Below are positions 1-8,931 of a DNA stretch of 64,000 nucleotides, piece after piece. The DNA lies in assembly GCA_026387335.1 (NCBI GenBank), contig JAPLLX010000003.1:138230-202229 (forward strand), read 5' to 3'. Position numbers and translations under genes: made by a program. Under the pieces are notes generated by a model. The model made no database searches. It saw only the letters and a list, made by a program, of their open reading frames with translations, and was not told where the DNA came from. How positions within the stretch are numbered: the first letter of the stretch is position 1; each line of letters starts with the position of its first letter. The DNA comes from Candidatus Omnitrophota bacterium (GTDB lineage: Bacteria > Omnitrophota > Gorgyraeia > Gygaellales > Profunditerraquicolaceae).

Positions 1-941
1 GCGTAATTAGCAATATGCGCGGCTTCCAGCTTGCTTGCTCCGGAACATAACCCCAGGGTAAAAGTTGAAATCACCGTATCCCCGGCTCCGGATACATCAA
101 AAACCTCTTGGGCTACGGTGGGAATATGCGTTATTTTTTTTCCTTTCTGGAACAATTTCATCCCCTGTTCGCCCAGAGTGACCAATAGCGAGTCCAGCCC
201 TAAATATTCCAAAATCTGGCTTCCGGCGGCGTCAATATCCTTATCGGTAAATAATTTATCGCTATCCAGCTTTAATTTATTCTTATTATCCCGGATTTTT
301 AAATTCCTCACCGCGTTCTCCAGTTCCTTACGGTTAGGAGTAATAGAAGTGACCTGGCGATAGTATTGAAAATGGTCCTCTTTCGGGTCAACTGTCACAA
401 TCTTCTTATGCGCCTGAGCCAGTAAGATCACGCCTTCCAATAGCTGCGCGTTGATCACGCCCTTCCCGTAATCTTCAATGATTATAGCGTCAAAATCCTT
501 AATATTGCTTTTGATGAAGTTAAAGATTTTACGCGTTACGCCTTGAGGCAACGGTTCAATGTGTTCCCAGTCCACCCTGACCACCTGCTGATGCCCGGCG
601 ACTATCCGGGTTTTGACTGTTGTATACCTATTCGGCTCTACGAATATACCTTGGGTATTTATTTTATTCTTCTTTAACTGCGCAAGGAGCATGGCGGCAT
701 TCGCGTCGTTTCCGATGACCCCGGCTAAATATACATCCGCCTCATATGAACGTATATTGTTGGCCACATTCGCCGCCCCTCCCGGCACATGCGTGCGCTT
801 ATTTGCCCAGACTACCGGAACAGGCGCCTCAGGCGAAATCCTCTCCACCTTTCCCCAGATATATTCATCCAGGATAAGATCGCCGATAACCAATATCTTA
901 GGTCTATTCAACCTGTGGATTATATCTTTTAGGTTTTTCAT
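1..941 (-). CDS. hldE: D-glycero-beta-D-manno-heptose-7-phosphate kinase (RfaE/HldE domain I, PfkB carbohydrate kinase); C-terminus runs off the window edge
   Basis: Reverse-strand translation from the ATG at 941 reads MKNLKDIIHRLNRPKILVIGDLILDEYIWGKVERISPEAPVPVV...DVSGAGDTVISTF, with the ribokinase-family GAGD motif. The start overlaps the stop of the upstream gene as ATGA. This ORF is absent from the supplied track because it is open at position 1. Confidence 0.7.
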   Translation of the reverse strand, partial: MKNLKDIIHRLNRPKILVIGDLILDEYIWGKVERISPEAPVPVVWANKRTHVPGGAANVANNIRSYEADVYLAGVIGNDANAAMLLAQLKKNKINTQGIFVEPNRYTTVKTRIVAGHQQVVRVDWEHIEPLPQGVTRKIFNFIKSNIKDFDAIIIEDYGKGVINAQLLEGVILLAQAHKKIVTVDPKEDHFQYYRQVTSITPNRKELENAVRNLKIRDNKNKLKLDSDKLFTDKDIDAAGSQILEYLGLDSLLVTLGEQGMKLFQKGKKITHIPTVAQEVFDVSGAGDTVISTFTLGLCSGASKLEAAHIANY

Positions 942-1867
942 AAATTCTCGATGACTGCCTGGGCTAAAAGCGGCAGCATTATTTCATGATGCCCGATTAT
1001 ATAATAACCTTTACCGGCTGACGCCGTCGGCCGCGTGACTACGTTCTGCGCTGCGCGATATTGGTAAATCATATCAAAATTAGCCGTAGTAAAACCTCTG
1101 ACATTATTGCCTAAATTACGGGCTAAATTCAGGGCCTTTAAGAATACCTCCGGCAGCATTACCGCTGAACCAAAATTTAAAACCACGCCCCCGTTATTTA
1201 AGGCGCGGATATTTTCAGCCAAGGTGTAAAAATCCGCTTGCGACCCCCTGCCGGTCAAACCGGCGTCAAACGAAGGATGCTGGTGGATTATATCTGTCCC
1301 GATACCGACAAAAACGCAAACCGGGACTTTGTATTTATAGGCATTAAATAACAGGCTTAGATTTTTATAGCGTAGCTGGGAATCAGCGATTTTGCGAGCG
1401 ACAGAATTCCCCAGGCCCAGGCCACTCTCAACGCCCTCAGCTACCGCGCAATTTATAAACTCGGCGGTCTCTTTACCCATCCCGAATTTGCCGGTTTTAA
1501 GATTGGCGGCGACATCTTCGGAGGTTTTGCCCTGAAAAGCGATCTCAAAATCATGGATTATGCCTGCGCCGTTTAAGGCTATACAGGTAATAACCTTATT
1601 TTTAATCAACTCAATTACTACCGGATTAAGCCCGCATTTAATCACATGCGCGCCAGCCATAAATATGACTGCTTTTCCCTTTTTACGGGCGCTGACCAGG
1701 TCTTTAACCAGGCAACGTAAATCCTTCGCCCTTAAGATATTAGGCAAAGAAGCATAAAAGGCCCGAAAGCCCTTATTTTTAGCCGGTGCCTGGGCAAAAT
1801 CCGCGGAATTCACCTTGCTCAAGCGCGACTTAACCGAATATGTCTTAACCTTGTTTATATTTATCAT
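938..1867 (-). CDS. conserved hypothetical protein, deoxyhypusine-synthase-like fold (tentative)
   Basis: A 309-aa ORF. The segment VIFMAGAHVIKCGLNPVVIELIKNKVITCIALNGAGIIHDFEI matches the pattern of the DHS segment [43 protein letters not shown]. It is translationally coupled to the heptose kinase. Confidence 0.4.
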   Translation of the reverse strand: MININKVKTYSVKSRLSKVNSADFAQAPAKNKGFRAFYASLPNILRAKDLRCLVKDLVSARKKGKAVIFMAGAHVIKCGLNPVVIELIKNKVITCIALNGAGIIHDFEIAFQGKTSEDVAANLKTGKFGMGKETAEFINCAVAEGVESGLGLGNSVARKIADSQLRYKNLSLLFNAYKYKVPVCVFVGIGTDIIHQHPSFDAGLTGRGSQADFYTLAENIRALNNGGVVLNFGSAVMLPEVFLKALNLARNLGNNVRGFTTANFDMIYQYRAAQNVVTRPTASAGKGYYIIGHHEIMLPLLAQAVIENL

Positions 1868-1923
1868 AATGAACTAATAATTTTAGCATAATCCAGCGCT
1901 AAATCAACTAAAAACTGCCAGTA

Positions 1924-3948
1924 TCATTTCAAAATTACATCCGCAGCAGCTACAACGTCTTCCACACTTATCGCCTTAAGACAGGCGAATTCTTTTTTAC
2001 AATTATGCGCCAGGCACTCAATACAGCCGGATTCCTTATGTAAAACCTTATCTTTTTTACCCAGCGGCCCCCAGCGCTTGGGGCTTAGGCCTGCCTGTTT
2101 TCTTCCGAATATAGAAATCACCGGCGTGCCCACGGCTGAGGCGATATGCACCGGCCCGGAATCATTGGAAATAAACAACCTGCATCTTTTTAATAAACTC
2201 GCTAATTGCGTTACGGAAGTCTTACCGGCCAGGTTTATTGGCGAAGAGCGCATATGTTTAACTAAATTATCGGCGAGCGTAAGGTCTTTGGGCCCGGCGA
2301 CGACTAAGACTTTAAACCCGTATTTCTGCGCAAGCTTTCCAGCGACCTCGGCAAAACGTTGCAGCGGCCAGATCTTAGAAGGACAGCTTGCCGCAGGATG
2401 AATAGCCAACAATTTATCCGTATCGCTTATCCCCTCTTGCGCAAAGATCTCGGCGACCCATTCCTCGGATTCCTTTTTTATAGGCATGAATAAATTTTTA
2501 TCCCGCGCTGCGATCCCTAGATACCTTAATAAATCTAAATTGTATTCTAATTCGTGTTTTTCGCCGAACTGTTTAGTATGTTTGACCCTGTCCGTAAGCA
2601 GGAATCCCAATTTCCGGTCATAACCGACTCTTCTAGGTATGCCGCTAAGAAAAGTTATCAGGTGCACGCGGTTAGTCGGATGTAAGATCAAACTCAAGTC
2701 AAATCTGTTTTTCTTTAATTCCTGTATAAATTTAGCTGAATGTAACCAACCCTTGTGTTCTAGTTCCTTATCTAAAATAACCACCTTATCCAGATAAGGA
2801 TTACCTTCAACAATATCTTTGGCATATCTAGAGACCATCATGGCGATATAGGCGCTGGGGTACTTATCTCTTAAGGCCTTGATCACCGGAGTAGATAAAA
2901 GCACATCGCCGATCCTATCTGTGCGCACGATAAGGATACGTTTAAAATCATCCTCTTTCCTGGTTATTCTTTCCTGGTTACCGGCGATCAATACAGCCTT
3001 GGCTGCCCTGAACACATCGTCTACTTTGACCAAAGATAAACATTCTAAAGTCCCGGATCCGCAGAGCGCCTTAGAGCAGGGCCGGCAATATATATCCTTT
3101 TTTACTACCAAAGAACCTTCTGACCAGGGAGCGTATTTTTCATCATCAGTTATCCCGAATATAGCTACGACCGGAATATCCATATAACTGGCGATATGTA
3201 AAGACGCGCTGTCATTACTGATTAAAAGGCTAGCTCTTTTTAATAGAAGAGCCAACTCATTCAAGGTAGTCTTTCCGCTTAAATCTAATATTGGAATTTT
3301 AGCGTGTTCCGCTATATACCGGTTTACCTGCGCATCTTCCTTATCTCCCGCCAAAATTATCCTTACCGGAAATTCCTTGGCCAGTTTTGAAATTAACTCC
3401 CCAAATTTTTCTTTATCCCAACGCTTGGTCTGGCTACGGGCTCCGGGGGCAATAACGATTAACTTATCGTTTTCTTTTATATTATTTTCTTGGAATAACC
3501 CAGCAACCCTCTTTTTATCCTCGGGGCTAAAATAAATTGACTTATCCGCGGTGTTGAGTTTAGCGCTTTTAAGAAATTTCCTGATTTTATACAGGTGCCT
3601 ATCTTTCATATGCCTTAGGCGCTTAGGAATTTTCAAGAATGGCGAAGTTTTACATTTTGCCTTAAGCAGCGCGCCAAAAAGGCTATTGCGTAAATCTACT
3701 ATAAGATCAAACTTTTCTTTCCTTAAAATATTAAATAACTTTAGCTTTTCCCGAAGCTTCATACGCTTATTGAAAGGAATAAATTTACTTATATAAGGAT
3801 TGCCTGCAAATATCCCGCTGGCCCTTTCTCCGGCGATTACCGTGATCTGCGCGCCGCTAAAATTATCACGCAAAGCATCCAGCGCCGGAAGGGTCAGGAT
3901 AACATCGCCGATATTACTTAAAGTAATGAAAAGGATTTTAGGCGCCAT
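1924..3948 (-). CDS. tandem two-domain glycosyltransferase family 9 protein (ADP-heptose:LPS heptosyltransferase-like x2)
   Basis: Two GT9 N-terminal signatures are present: ILFITLSNIGDVILTLPALDAL and ILIVRTDRIGDVLLSTPVIKAL. Each half ends in a Cys-rich tail. Confidence 0.8.
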   Translation of the reverse strand: MAPKILFITLSNIGDVILTLPALDALRDNFSGAQITVIAGERASGIFAGNPYISKFIPFNKRMKLREKLKLFNILRKEKFDLIVDLRNSLFGALLKAKCKTSPFLKIPKRLRHMKDRHLYKIRKFLKSAKLNTADKSIYFSPEDKKRVAGLFQENNIKENDKLIVIAPGARSQTKRWDKEKFGELISKLAKEFPVRIILAGDKEDAQVNRYIAEHAKIPILDLSGKTTLNELALLLKRASLLISNDSASLHIASYMDIPVVAIFGITDDEKYAPWSEGSLVVKKDIYCRPCSKALCGSGTLECLSLVKVDDVFRAAKAVLIAGNQERITRKEDDFKRILIVRTDRIGDVLLSTPVIKALRDKYPSAYIAMMVSRYAKDIVEGNPYLDKVVILDKELEHKGWLHSAKFIQELKKNRFDLSLILHPTNRVHLITFLSGIPRRVGYDRKLGFLLTDRVKHTKQFGEKHELEYNLDLLRYLGIAARDKNLFMPIKKESEEWVAEIFAQEGISDTDKLLAIHPAASCPSKIWPLQRFAEVAGKLAQKYGFKVLVVAGPKDLTLADNLVKHMRSSPINLAGKTSVTQLASLLKRCRLFISNDSGPVHIASAVGTPVISIFGRKQAGLSPKRWGPLGKKDKVLHKESGCIECLAHNCKKEFACLKAISVEDVVAAADVILK

Positions 3949-3949
3949 A

Positions 3950-4969
3950 TTATTTTTTTATTTCCTTGAGCACATCATTCGGGGTAATGGCCTTCATGCA
4001 GCGGTTGTCTTTACAATTGACCTGGTAACAGGAAATTTTACAACCGACGTCTTTACGCAGGATGATTACGTTTTTTAACGGGTAGGGCCCGGTTACTTCC
4101 GGAGAGGTAGGGCCAAAAAGCGCGATTATTTTCTTGGCCCCCACGCTATTGGCAATGTGCATCGGCCCGGTATCGGCAGTAATGAAGAGGCTGACGATTT
4201 TGCTCAAGGCCCCCAGCTGTTTTATATTAAATACTCCGCAACCTATTATAGGCTTATGGATCATTTTATCCTGGATATGCGTAGCTAACGCTAAATCATT
4301 GGTTGAGCCGGAAATAATCACCTTGGCCCCGAAATCTTCTATCAGTTTATCCGCCAATTGCGCCCAATAATCTTTTGGCCAGCGTTTAGGCAGCCAGTTT
4401 CCTCCGGGGTTTATGATCACCATAAAATCTTCTTCGGCAACCGAATGCTTCTTTAAGAAAGCTTTTGCGAATTCTAAATCTTCATCGCTCACGAAGAATT
4501 CCGTATACCTGTCTTCTATCCTTAAGCCGGACTTTTCAATAATATCCAGGTAATAATCTATGCGATGCAGCGAATCTCTTTTCGGCGGGATAATTTTCTG
4601 GGTAAGCAGAAAAGCCCTTTTCTTGGTGTAATGACCTATTCTTTCGGGTATGCCGCTTAAGCGGCAGATCAAAGCCCGGCTAAACGACCTGTGTAACAGG
4701 AAAGCCACATCAAATTTTTTGGCCTTAAGGGTGCGCACAAAATCCAGCACCTTAAAAATACCCTTATGTCTGTCTTTTTCATCAAAGATGATTATCTCAT
4801 CCAGATGGGGATTGCCTTTTAAAACCGGATAGCAGCGGCTGGGGATAATACAGGCTATAAAACTCTGCGGGAAATTACGCCGCACATTCCTGATCAGGGC
4901 GGTAGAAAATAACACATCCCCCAGCCAGTTAACATTAAAAATAAGTATTCTCTTGTATTCCTGTTTCAT
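3950..4969 (-). CDS. GT9 heptosyltransferase (WaaC/WaaF-like)
   Basis: RILIFNVNWLGDVLFSTALIRNV is a GT9 N-terminal motif. The C-terminal CKISCYQVNCKDNRCM tail is shared with the other GT9 domains in this locus. Confidence 0.8.
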   Translation of the reverse strand: MKQEYKRILIFNVNWLGDVLFSTALIRNVRRNFPQSFIACIIPSRCYPVLKGNPHLDEIIIFDEKDRHKGIFKVLDFVRTLKAKKFDVAFLLHRSFSRALICRLSGIPERIGHYTKKRAFLLTQKIIPPKRDSLHRIDYYLDIIEKSGLRIEDRYTEFFVSDEDLEFAKAFLKKHSVAEEDFMVIINPGGNWLPKRWPKDYWAQLADKLIEDFGAKVIISGSTNDLALATHIQDKMIHKPIIGCGVFNIKQLGALSKIVSLFITADTGPMHIANSVGAKKIIALFGPTSPEVTGPYPLKNVIILRKDVGCKISCYQVNCKDNRCMKAITPNDVLKEIKK

Positions 4970-5760
4970 TATTTCTTCCGGTTTTCCCTTATAAGATTAT
5001 AATAGCCGCTGGTTTCTATCCAGAATATAAACAAATTAGCGCAATTTTGAGAGATCCTTAAGCGTTTAAGAGCGAATACATCATCATCGGGAATCTCTTT
5101 ACCCGGGTTAGTCGCTACTGCGATTTTATAACCGCTATCAATGACTATCTGCCTTATCTCTTTATTGAATCTTCCTGCCGGATAACAGAAAACATCTACC
5201 TTCCTGCCTAACTTAACCTCCAATACCTTTTTGGAATCCTGGATCTCCCTTCTGATATCCTCCCGCGAAGTTAAATCAATCAGATAGGGATGCCTAAAGG
5301 TATGGCTGCCGACGGTAACCAGACCCGATGCCTGCATAGCGTATATATCATCCCAGGAGACCATATCGCCTTCAGGCCGGCCTACTTCATCAATAATAAT
5401 AAACAGGGTCGCCGGGAATCCGTATTTCTTTAGTATAGGAAAAACATAGGTATAATTATCTTTGTAACCGTCATCAAAAGTTAAAACTATTGTATTAGCC
5501 GGGGCCTTCTTTTTATTCTTAATAATATCAGCCGCTTTTTCCAGAGTGATAACATTGTAATTATGTTCTTTTAAGAAACGCATCTGCCTGGCAAAGGCCT
5601 GCGGGGTTATCGCCAGGCGGTTATCTTTTTGAACATTAGGATTAATTGAGTGGTACATCGCGATAGGAATAACATATTTAGGCTGGATAAAATTAATAAA
5701 AGAGAATATTAAAACGCTTACAAAAACAACAGCAATGATTAATCTTTTACGCTTAAACAA
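4969..5760 (-). CDS. polysaccharide deacetylase (CE4/NodB-homology) with N-terminal membrane anchor
   Basis: LTFDDGYKDNYTYVFPILKKYGFPATLF is the NodB motif 1 context (TFDDG). The N-terminus is hydrophobic. Confidence 0.7.
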   Translation of the reverse strand: MFKRKRLIIAVVFVSVLIFSFINFIQPKYVIPIAMYHSINPNVQKDNRLAITPQAFARQMRFLKEHNYNVITLEKAADIIKNKKKAPANTIVLTFDDGYKDNYTYVFPILKKYGFPATLFIIIDEVGRPEGDMVSWDDIYAMQASGLVTVGSHTFRHPYLIDLTSREDIRREIQDSKKVLEVKLGRKVDVFCYPAGRFNKEIRQIVIDSGYKIAVATNPGKEIPDDDVFALKRLRISQNCANLFIFWIETSGYYNLIRENRKK

Positions 5761-6842
5761 TTTAAGTACTCCTTTTCGGTTTCTAGAACCATCTTTTCTT
5801 GAGAAAAGTTATTTTGGATAAAATCCTGAGCCTCTTTTCCCAATTCCAGCCTCTTAGCCGGATCATTTAACAAAGTTAAAATTGCCTGCGCTAAAGCAGG
5901 GCTATCAGCAGGCTCAACCAACAATCCGTTGCGGCCGTCCTGGATTAAAGTTTTAATGCCCCCGACATTTGAGCCGATGACGGCCTTACCCGCAGCCATC
6001 GCCTCCATAAGGGCAAGTCCCAATCCTTCCTGAAGCGAAGGCATGACAAAAATATCCGTGACCGCTAAGGCGTCGGTGGTATCCGGGATCTCCGGGACAA
6101 AAAATACGCTTCTCTTGATCCCCAGATTATCAGTTAACCCGCTTAAATCTTTCTCGGTCTTACCGGTGCCCACAATAAGAAGGCTGGAGTCCGGGTATTC
6201 CCTTAAAACTATTTTCATCGCCTCGATGAGATATTTATGGCCTTTTACATCCGAAAGCCTGGCGATAATACTTATAACCGCTCCCGTATTTAACCCGAAT
6301 TTCTTCTTTATCTCTGCTTTCGGCTTAGAGGTTACCCTTTTAAACCGGTCAATATCTATCCCGTTATTGACCACGGCAATGACTTCTGCGGGAAGCTTAA
6401 AATCATCGATCAGATGCTCTTTTACCTGCTGGCTTATGGCAATGATCCCATCTCCCCAACAGGGAAAAATCCTGCGCAAAAATCTTCGCTTAAAAAAACC
6501 GTGGCAGGTAAAAATGTTTTTTACGCCGGTAAACTTTTTTAACCAACAGCCTAAAACCTGGGTGGTCCGGCTATGCGAATGTATAATATCGATCTTCTTT
6601 TCTCTTATTATAGCGGATAATTTAAATAAACTAAAAATTATCTTCGGGCTGATCTCTTTTTTAGTTTTTAGGGGAACGGGGATACTTATTATCCCGGCTT
6701 CCTTAAATTTAGAGCTAAGTTCTCCGCCGGAAGAAGCGATATATATATTATGCCCTCTTTTCTTTAACCCGCAAGCAAGAGTAAATACGTAACTGGTTAT
6801 GCCTCCGACATTAAGATGGTTGGTTATAAATAGGATATTCAT
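5739..6842 (-). CDS. glycosyltransferase family 4
   Basis: The N-terminal FITNHLNVGGITSYV and C-terminal EGLGLALMEAMAAGKAVIGSNVGGIKTLIQDGRNGLLVEP form the GT4 EX7E region. Confidence 0.8.
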   Translation of the reverse strand: MNILFITNHLNVGGITSYVFTLACGLKKRGHNIYIASSGGELSSKFKEAGIISIPVPLKTKKEISPKIIFSLFKLSAIIREKKIDIIHSHSRTTQVLGCWLKKFTGVKNIFTCHGFFKRRFLRRIFPCWGDGIIAISQQVKEHLIDDFKLPAEVIAVVNNGIDIDRFKRVTSKPKAEIKKKFGLNTGAVISIIARLSDVKGHKYLIEAMKIVLREYPDSSLLIVGTGKTEKDLSGLTDNLGIKRSVFFVPEIPDTTDALAVTDIFVMPSLQEGLGLALMEAMAAGKAVIGSNVGGIKTLIQDGRNGLLVEPADSPALAQAILTLLNDPAKRLELGKEAQDFIQNNFSQEKMVLETEKEYLNCLSVKD

Positions 6843-6843
6843 A

Positions 6844-8931
6844 TTACTTAAGTAATTTATCTATCGCTTCCAGCACTTCTTCAACTGTAATCAAATCCAT
6901 GCATTTCTTATGCCTGCATTTAGGCTTATAGCAGGGGCTGCAAGGCAGGTCTCTTTTAATGATCAGGTAATCCTTGGCCGGAGGCATATGCCTGGCCGGG
7001 TCAGTCGGACCAAAGAATGCGATCACCGGGGTATTTACAGCCGCCGCAATATGTAACGGCGAAGAGTCCGCTGAAATATACAATGAGCAGCGCCGAATAA
7101 GGCAGCTCAACTGATTAACGGTAGTCTTGCCGCAGGCATTGATGATTTTAGTATTCTTCACCATTAAAACTAAGGCATTGGCGCTAGACGCATCCGGTTC
7201 TGTTCCGGTAATCACTACGCGTATATTTCTTACCCCCAGCTCATCGCATAACCGGGCGATGCGGACTGTAGGCCAACACTTAGTAAGCCATTTTTTGCTG
7301 GCGTTAATATTTATTCCGATGATTTTCTGGTCAGCGCTTAACCACTCCCCGCTCAGCAAGTTTTCGATGTATTCTTCATCATCCTTGCTTGGCCACATCT
7401 CCAAACGATTATCCCGTAAATCTATCCCCAGCATTTTAAGCATCCGGAATTGATGGGTCACCGGGTCAATAGCGGGTTTCTCGTCTTTGATCCGGTGATT
7501 AAGGAGAAAACTGAATTTCTTATTGGCGTAGCCGTAACGCTGGACACTTAAAGAAAGAAAAGAAAGCAGGTGGCTTGAGCGGTTATTCTGCATATCAATG
7601 ACCAGGTCAAAATTCTTTTTTCTTAAAACCCGGGCCACGCCAAGCAAACCCCTTAGACCCTTATCTTTGTTCTTAAGGTCAACGACCAAGAGTTCGTCAA
7701 TATAAGGACACCTCAGCAAGACATCTTTAGATTCTTCTCCGACTAAGAAACTGATTTTATGATGCGGGAACCTCTCTCTTATTGCCCTTAAAGAAGGAGT
7801 AGATAAAATCACGTCTCCCAACGAACTTAACTTGATGATTAAAAGTTTAAAATTAGTCAGGGCGTCTTTATAGACATTCAACGTATTATTCACCATTAAC
7901 TCAACATTATATTTTTCTTTGACCTTCGTATACGCTGCCTCGGCCAGGCTGCGCGCCAGACTGGGGTCCTTAAATATTTTAATAACCGCTTCGGCCATAC
8001 TCTGGGGATCGCTGGGTGGAACCATCAACCCGGTGCGGCCATCTTCAATAATATCCACTACCCCTCCGACTTCGGTAGCGACTACCGGCACCCCGGCGGC
8101 CTGCGCCTCTATGATCACTCTTCCAAACGCTTCATGAGTCGTAGTCGCCAGAACAACCAAGTCCAAATTGGATAATATCTCCGGGATATTCCTTTGCGTG
8201 CCTAAAAACTCGGTGCAATGATTAAGCCCCAGCCTCCTGACTAAAACCTGTATTTGCTCTTTATAAGCCTGGCGGGAACTCGGCGCGTCGCCGACTATCC
8301 AGATTTTTATTGACGGCACTACCCTGGCCACCTTAGCCATAGCTTTAATAAAAAACAGGTGGCCCTTAAGCGGAGTGATCCTGCCGATAATGCCGATATT
8401 AAATTCTTTTCCCCGTTTTTTATCGGGGCTGGAATATTTAAATCTTTCCAAATCCACGCTGCGCGGAATGAGCCTTATACGCTCGTGGGGAACAGCGAAA
8501 TCTTCAATCATGTGCCGGGCGATTACGTTGCTTAAAACAATCACCCGTTTTGCCCAACCCATCACATAACTGAATAAATGTTTTTTGTAATAACCGTGGC
8601 AGGTAGTGATAAATACGGTTTTCGTCGAGCGGCAGGCAAAAAAAGCGATCCAGGCAGGCACCCGCGACCGGGCGTGCACAATATCTATCTCTTCTTTCTT
8701 GATGATTTCAACCAGTAAAGGAACGGTTTTGACCATAGAGAGAAGATTCTTTTTATGCACGGGGAGTTGATAATGTAGGCCGCCTAAGGCCTCTATGTCC
8801 TTGACCAGCGAGCCGCCGGCAGAGACCACAACCGCCTTATGCCCTAAGCGGACTAAATACTTGGCCAGATCCAGCGTCCCTGTCTCCACGCCGCCGACAT
8901 TAAGTTCAGGTAATATCTGGAGTATTTTCAT
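6844..8931 (-). CDS. GT4-GT9 fusion glycosyltransferase
   Basis: The N-terminal half is GT4 (EAFGRVIIEAQAAGVPVVATEVGGVVDIIEDGRTG). The C-terminal half is GT9 (LLIIKLSSLGDVILSTPSLRAIRERFP ... CSPCYKPKCRHKKCM). Confidence 0.8.
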   Translation of the reverse strand: MKILQILPELNVGGVETGTLDLAKYLVRLGHKAVVVSAGGSLVKDIEALGGLHYQLPVHKKNLLSMVKTVPLLVEIIKKEEIDIVHARSRVPAWIAFFACRSTKTVFITTCHGYYKKHLFSYVMGWAKRVIVLSNVIARHMIEDFAVPHERIRLIPRSVDLERFKYSSPDKKRGKEFNIGIIGRITPLKGHLFFIKAMAKVARVVPSIKIWIVGDAPSSRQAYKEQIQVLVRRLGLNHCTEFLGTQRNIPEILSNLDLVVLATTTHEAFGRVIIEAQAAGVPVVATEVGGVVDIIEDGRTGLMVPPSDPQSMAEAVIKIFKDPSLARSLAEAAYTKVKEKYNVELMVNNTLNVYKDALTNFKLLIIKLSSLGDVILSTPSLRAIRERFPHHKISFLVGEESKDVLLRCPYIDELLVVDLKNKDKGLRGLLGVARVLRKKNFDLVIDMQNNRSSHLLSFLSLSVQRYGYANKKFSFLLNHRIKDEKPAIDPVTHQFRMLKMLGIDLRDNRLEMWPSKDDEEYIENLLSGEWLSADQKIIGININASKKWLTKCWPTVRIARLCDELGVRNIRVVITGTEPDASSANALVLMVKNTKIINACGKTTVNQLSCLIRRCSLYISADSSPLHIAAAVNTPVIAFFGPTDPARHMPPAKDYLIIKRDLPCSPCYKPKCRHKKCMDLITVEEVLEAIDKLLK

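Noticed and set aside
31-954. Two plus-strand ORFs (31-363 and 613-954)
   Set aside because: They are antisense to the clearly coding heptose-kinase reading frame on the minus strand.
6043-6792. 249-aa plus-strand ORF
   Set aside because: It lies entirely antisense to the GT4 gene at 5739-6842 and has low-complexity composition with no motif. It is almost certainly a shadow ORF.
1924-8931. Recurrent C-terminal Cx2-3Cx4Cx4-6C tails on all four GT9 domains as a possibly novel zinc ribbon
   Set aside because: I recall, unverified, a similar C-terminal cysteine cluster followed by a ...CM(R)DI(S/T)xE(Q)V segment in known heptosyltransferases such as WaaC/WaaF. This is most likely a family feature rather than a novelty.
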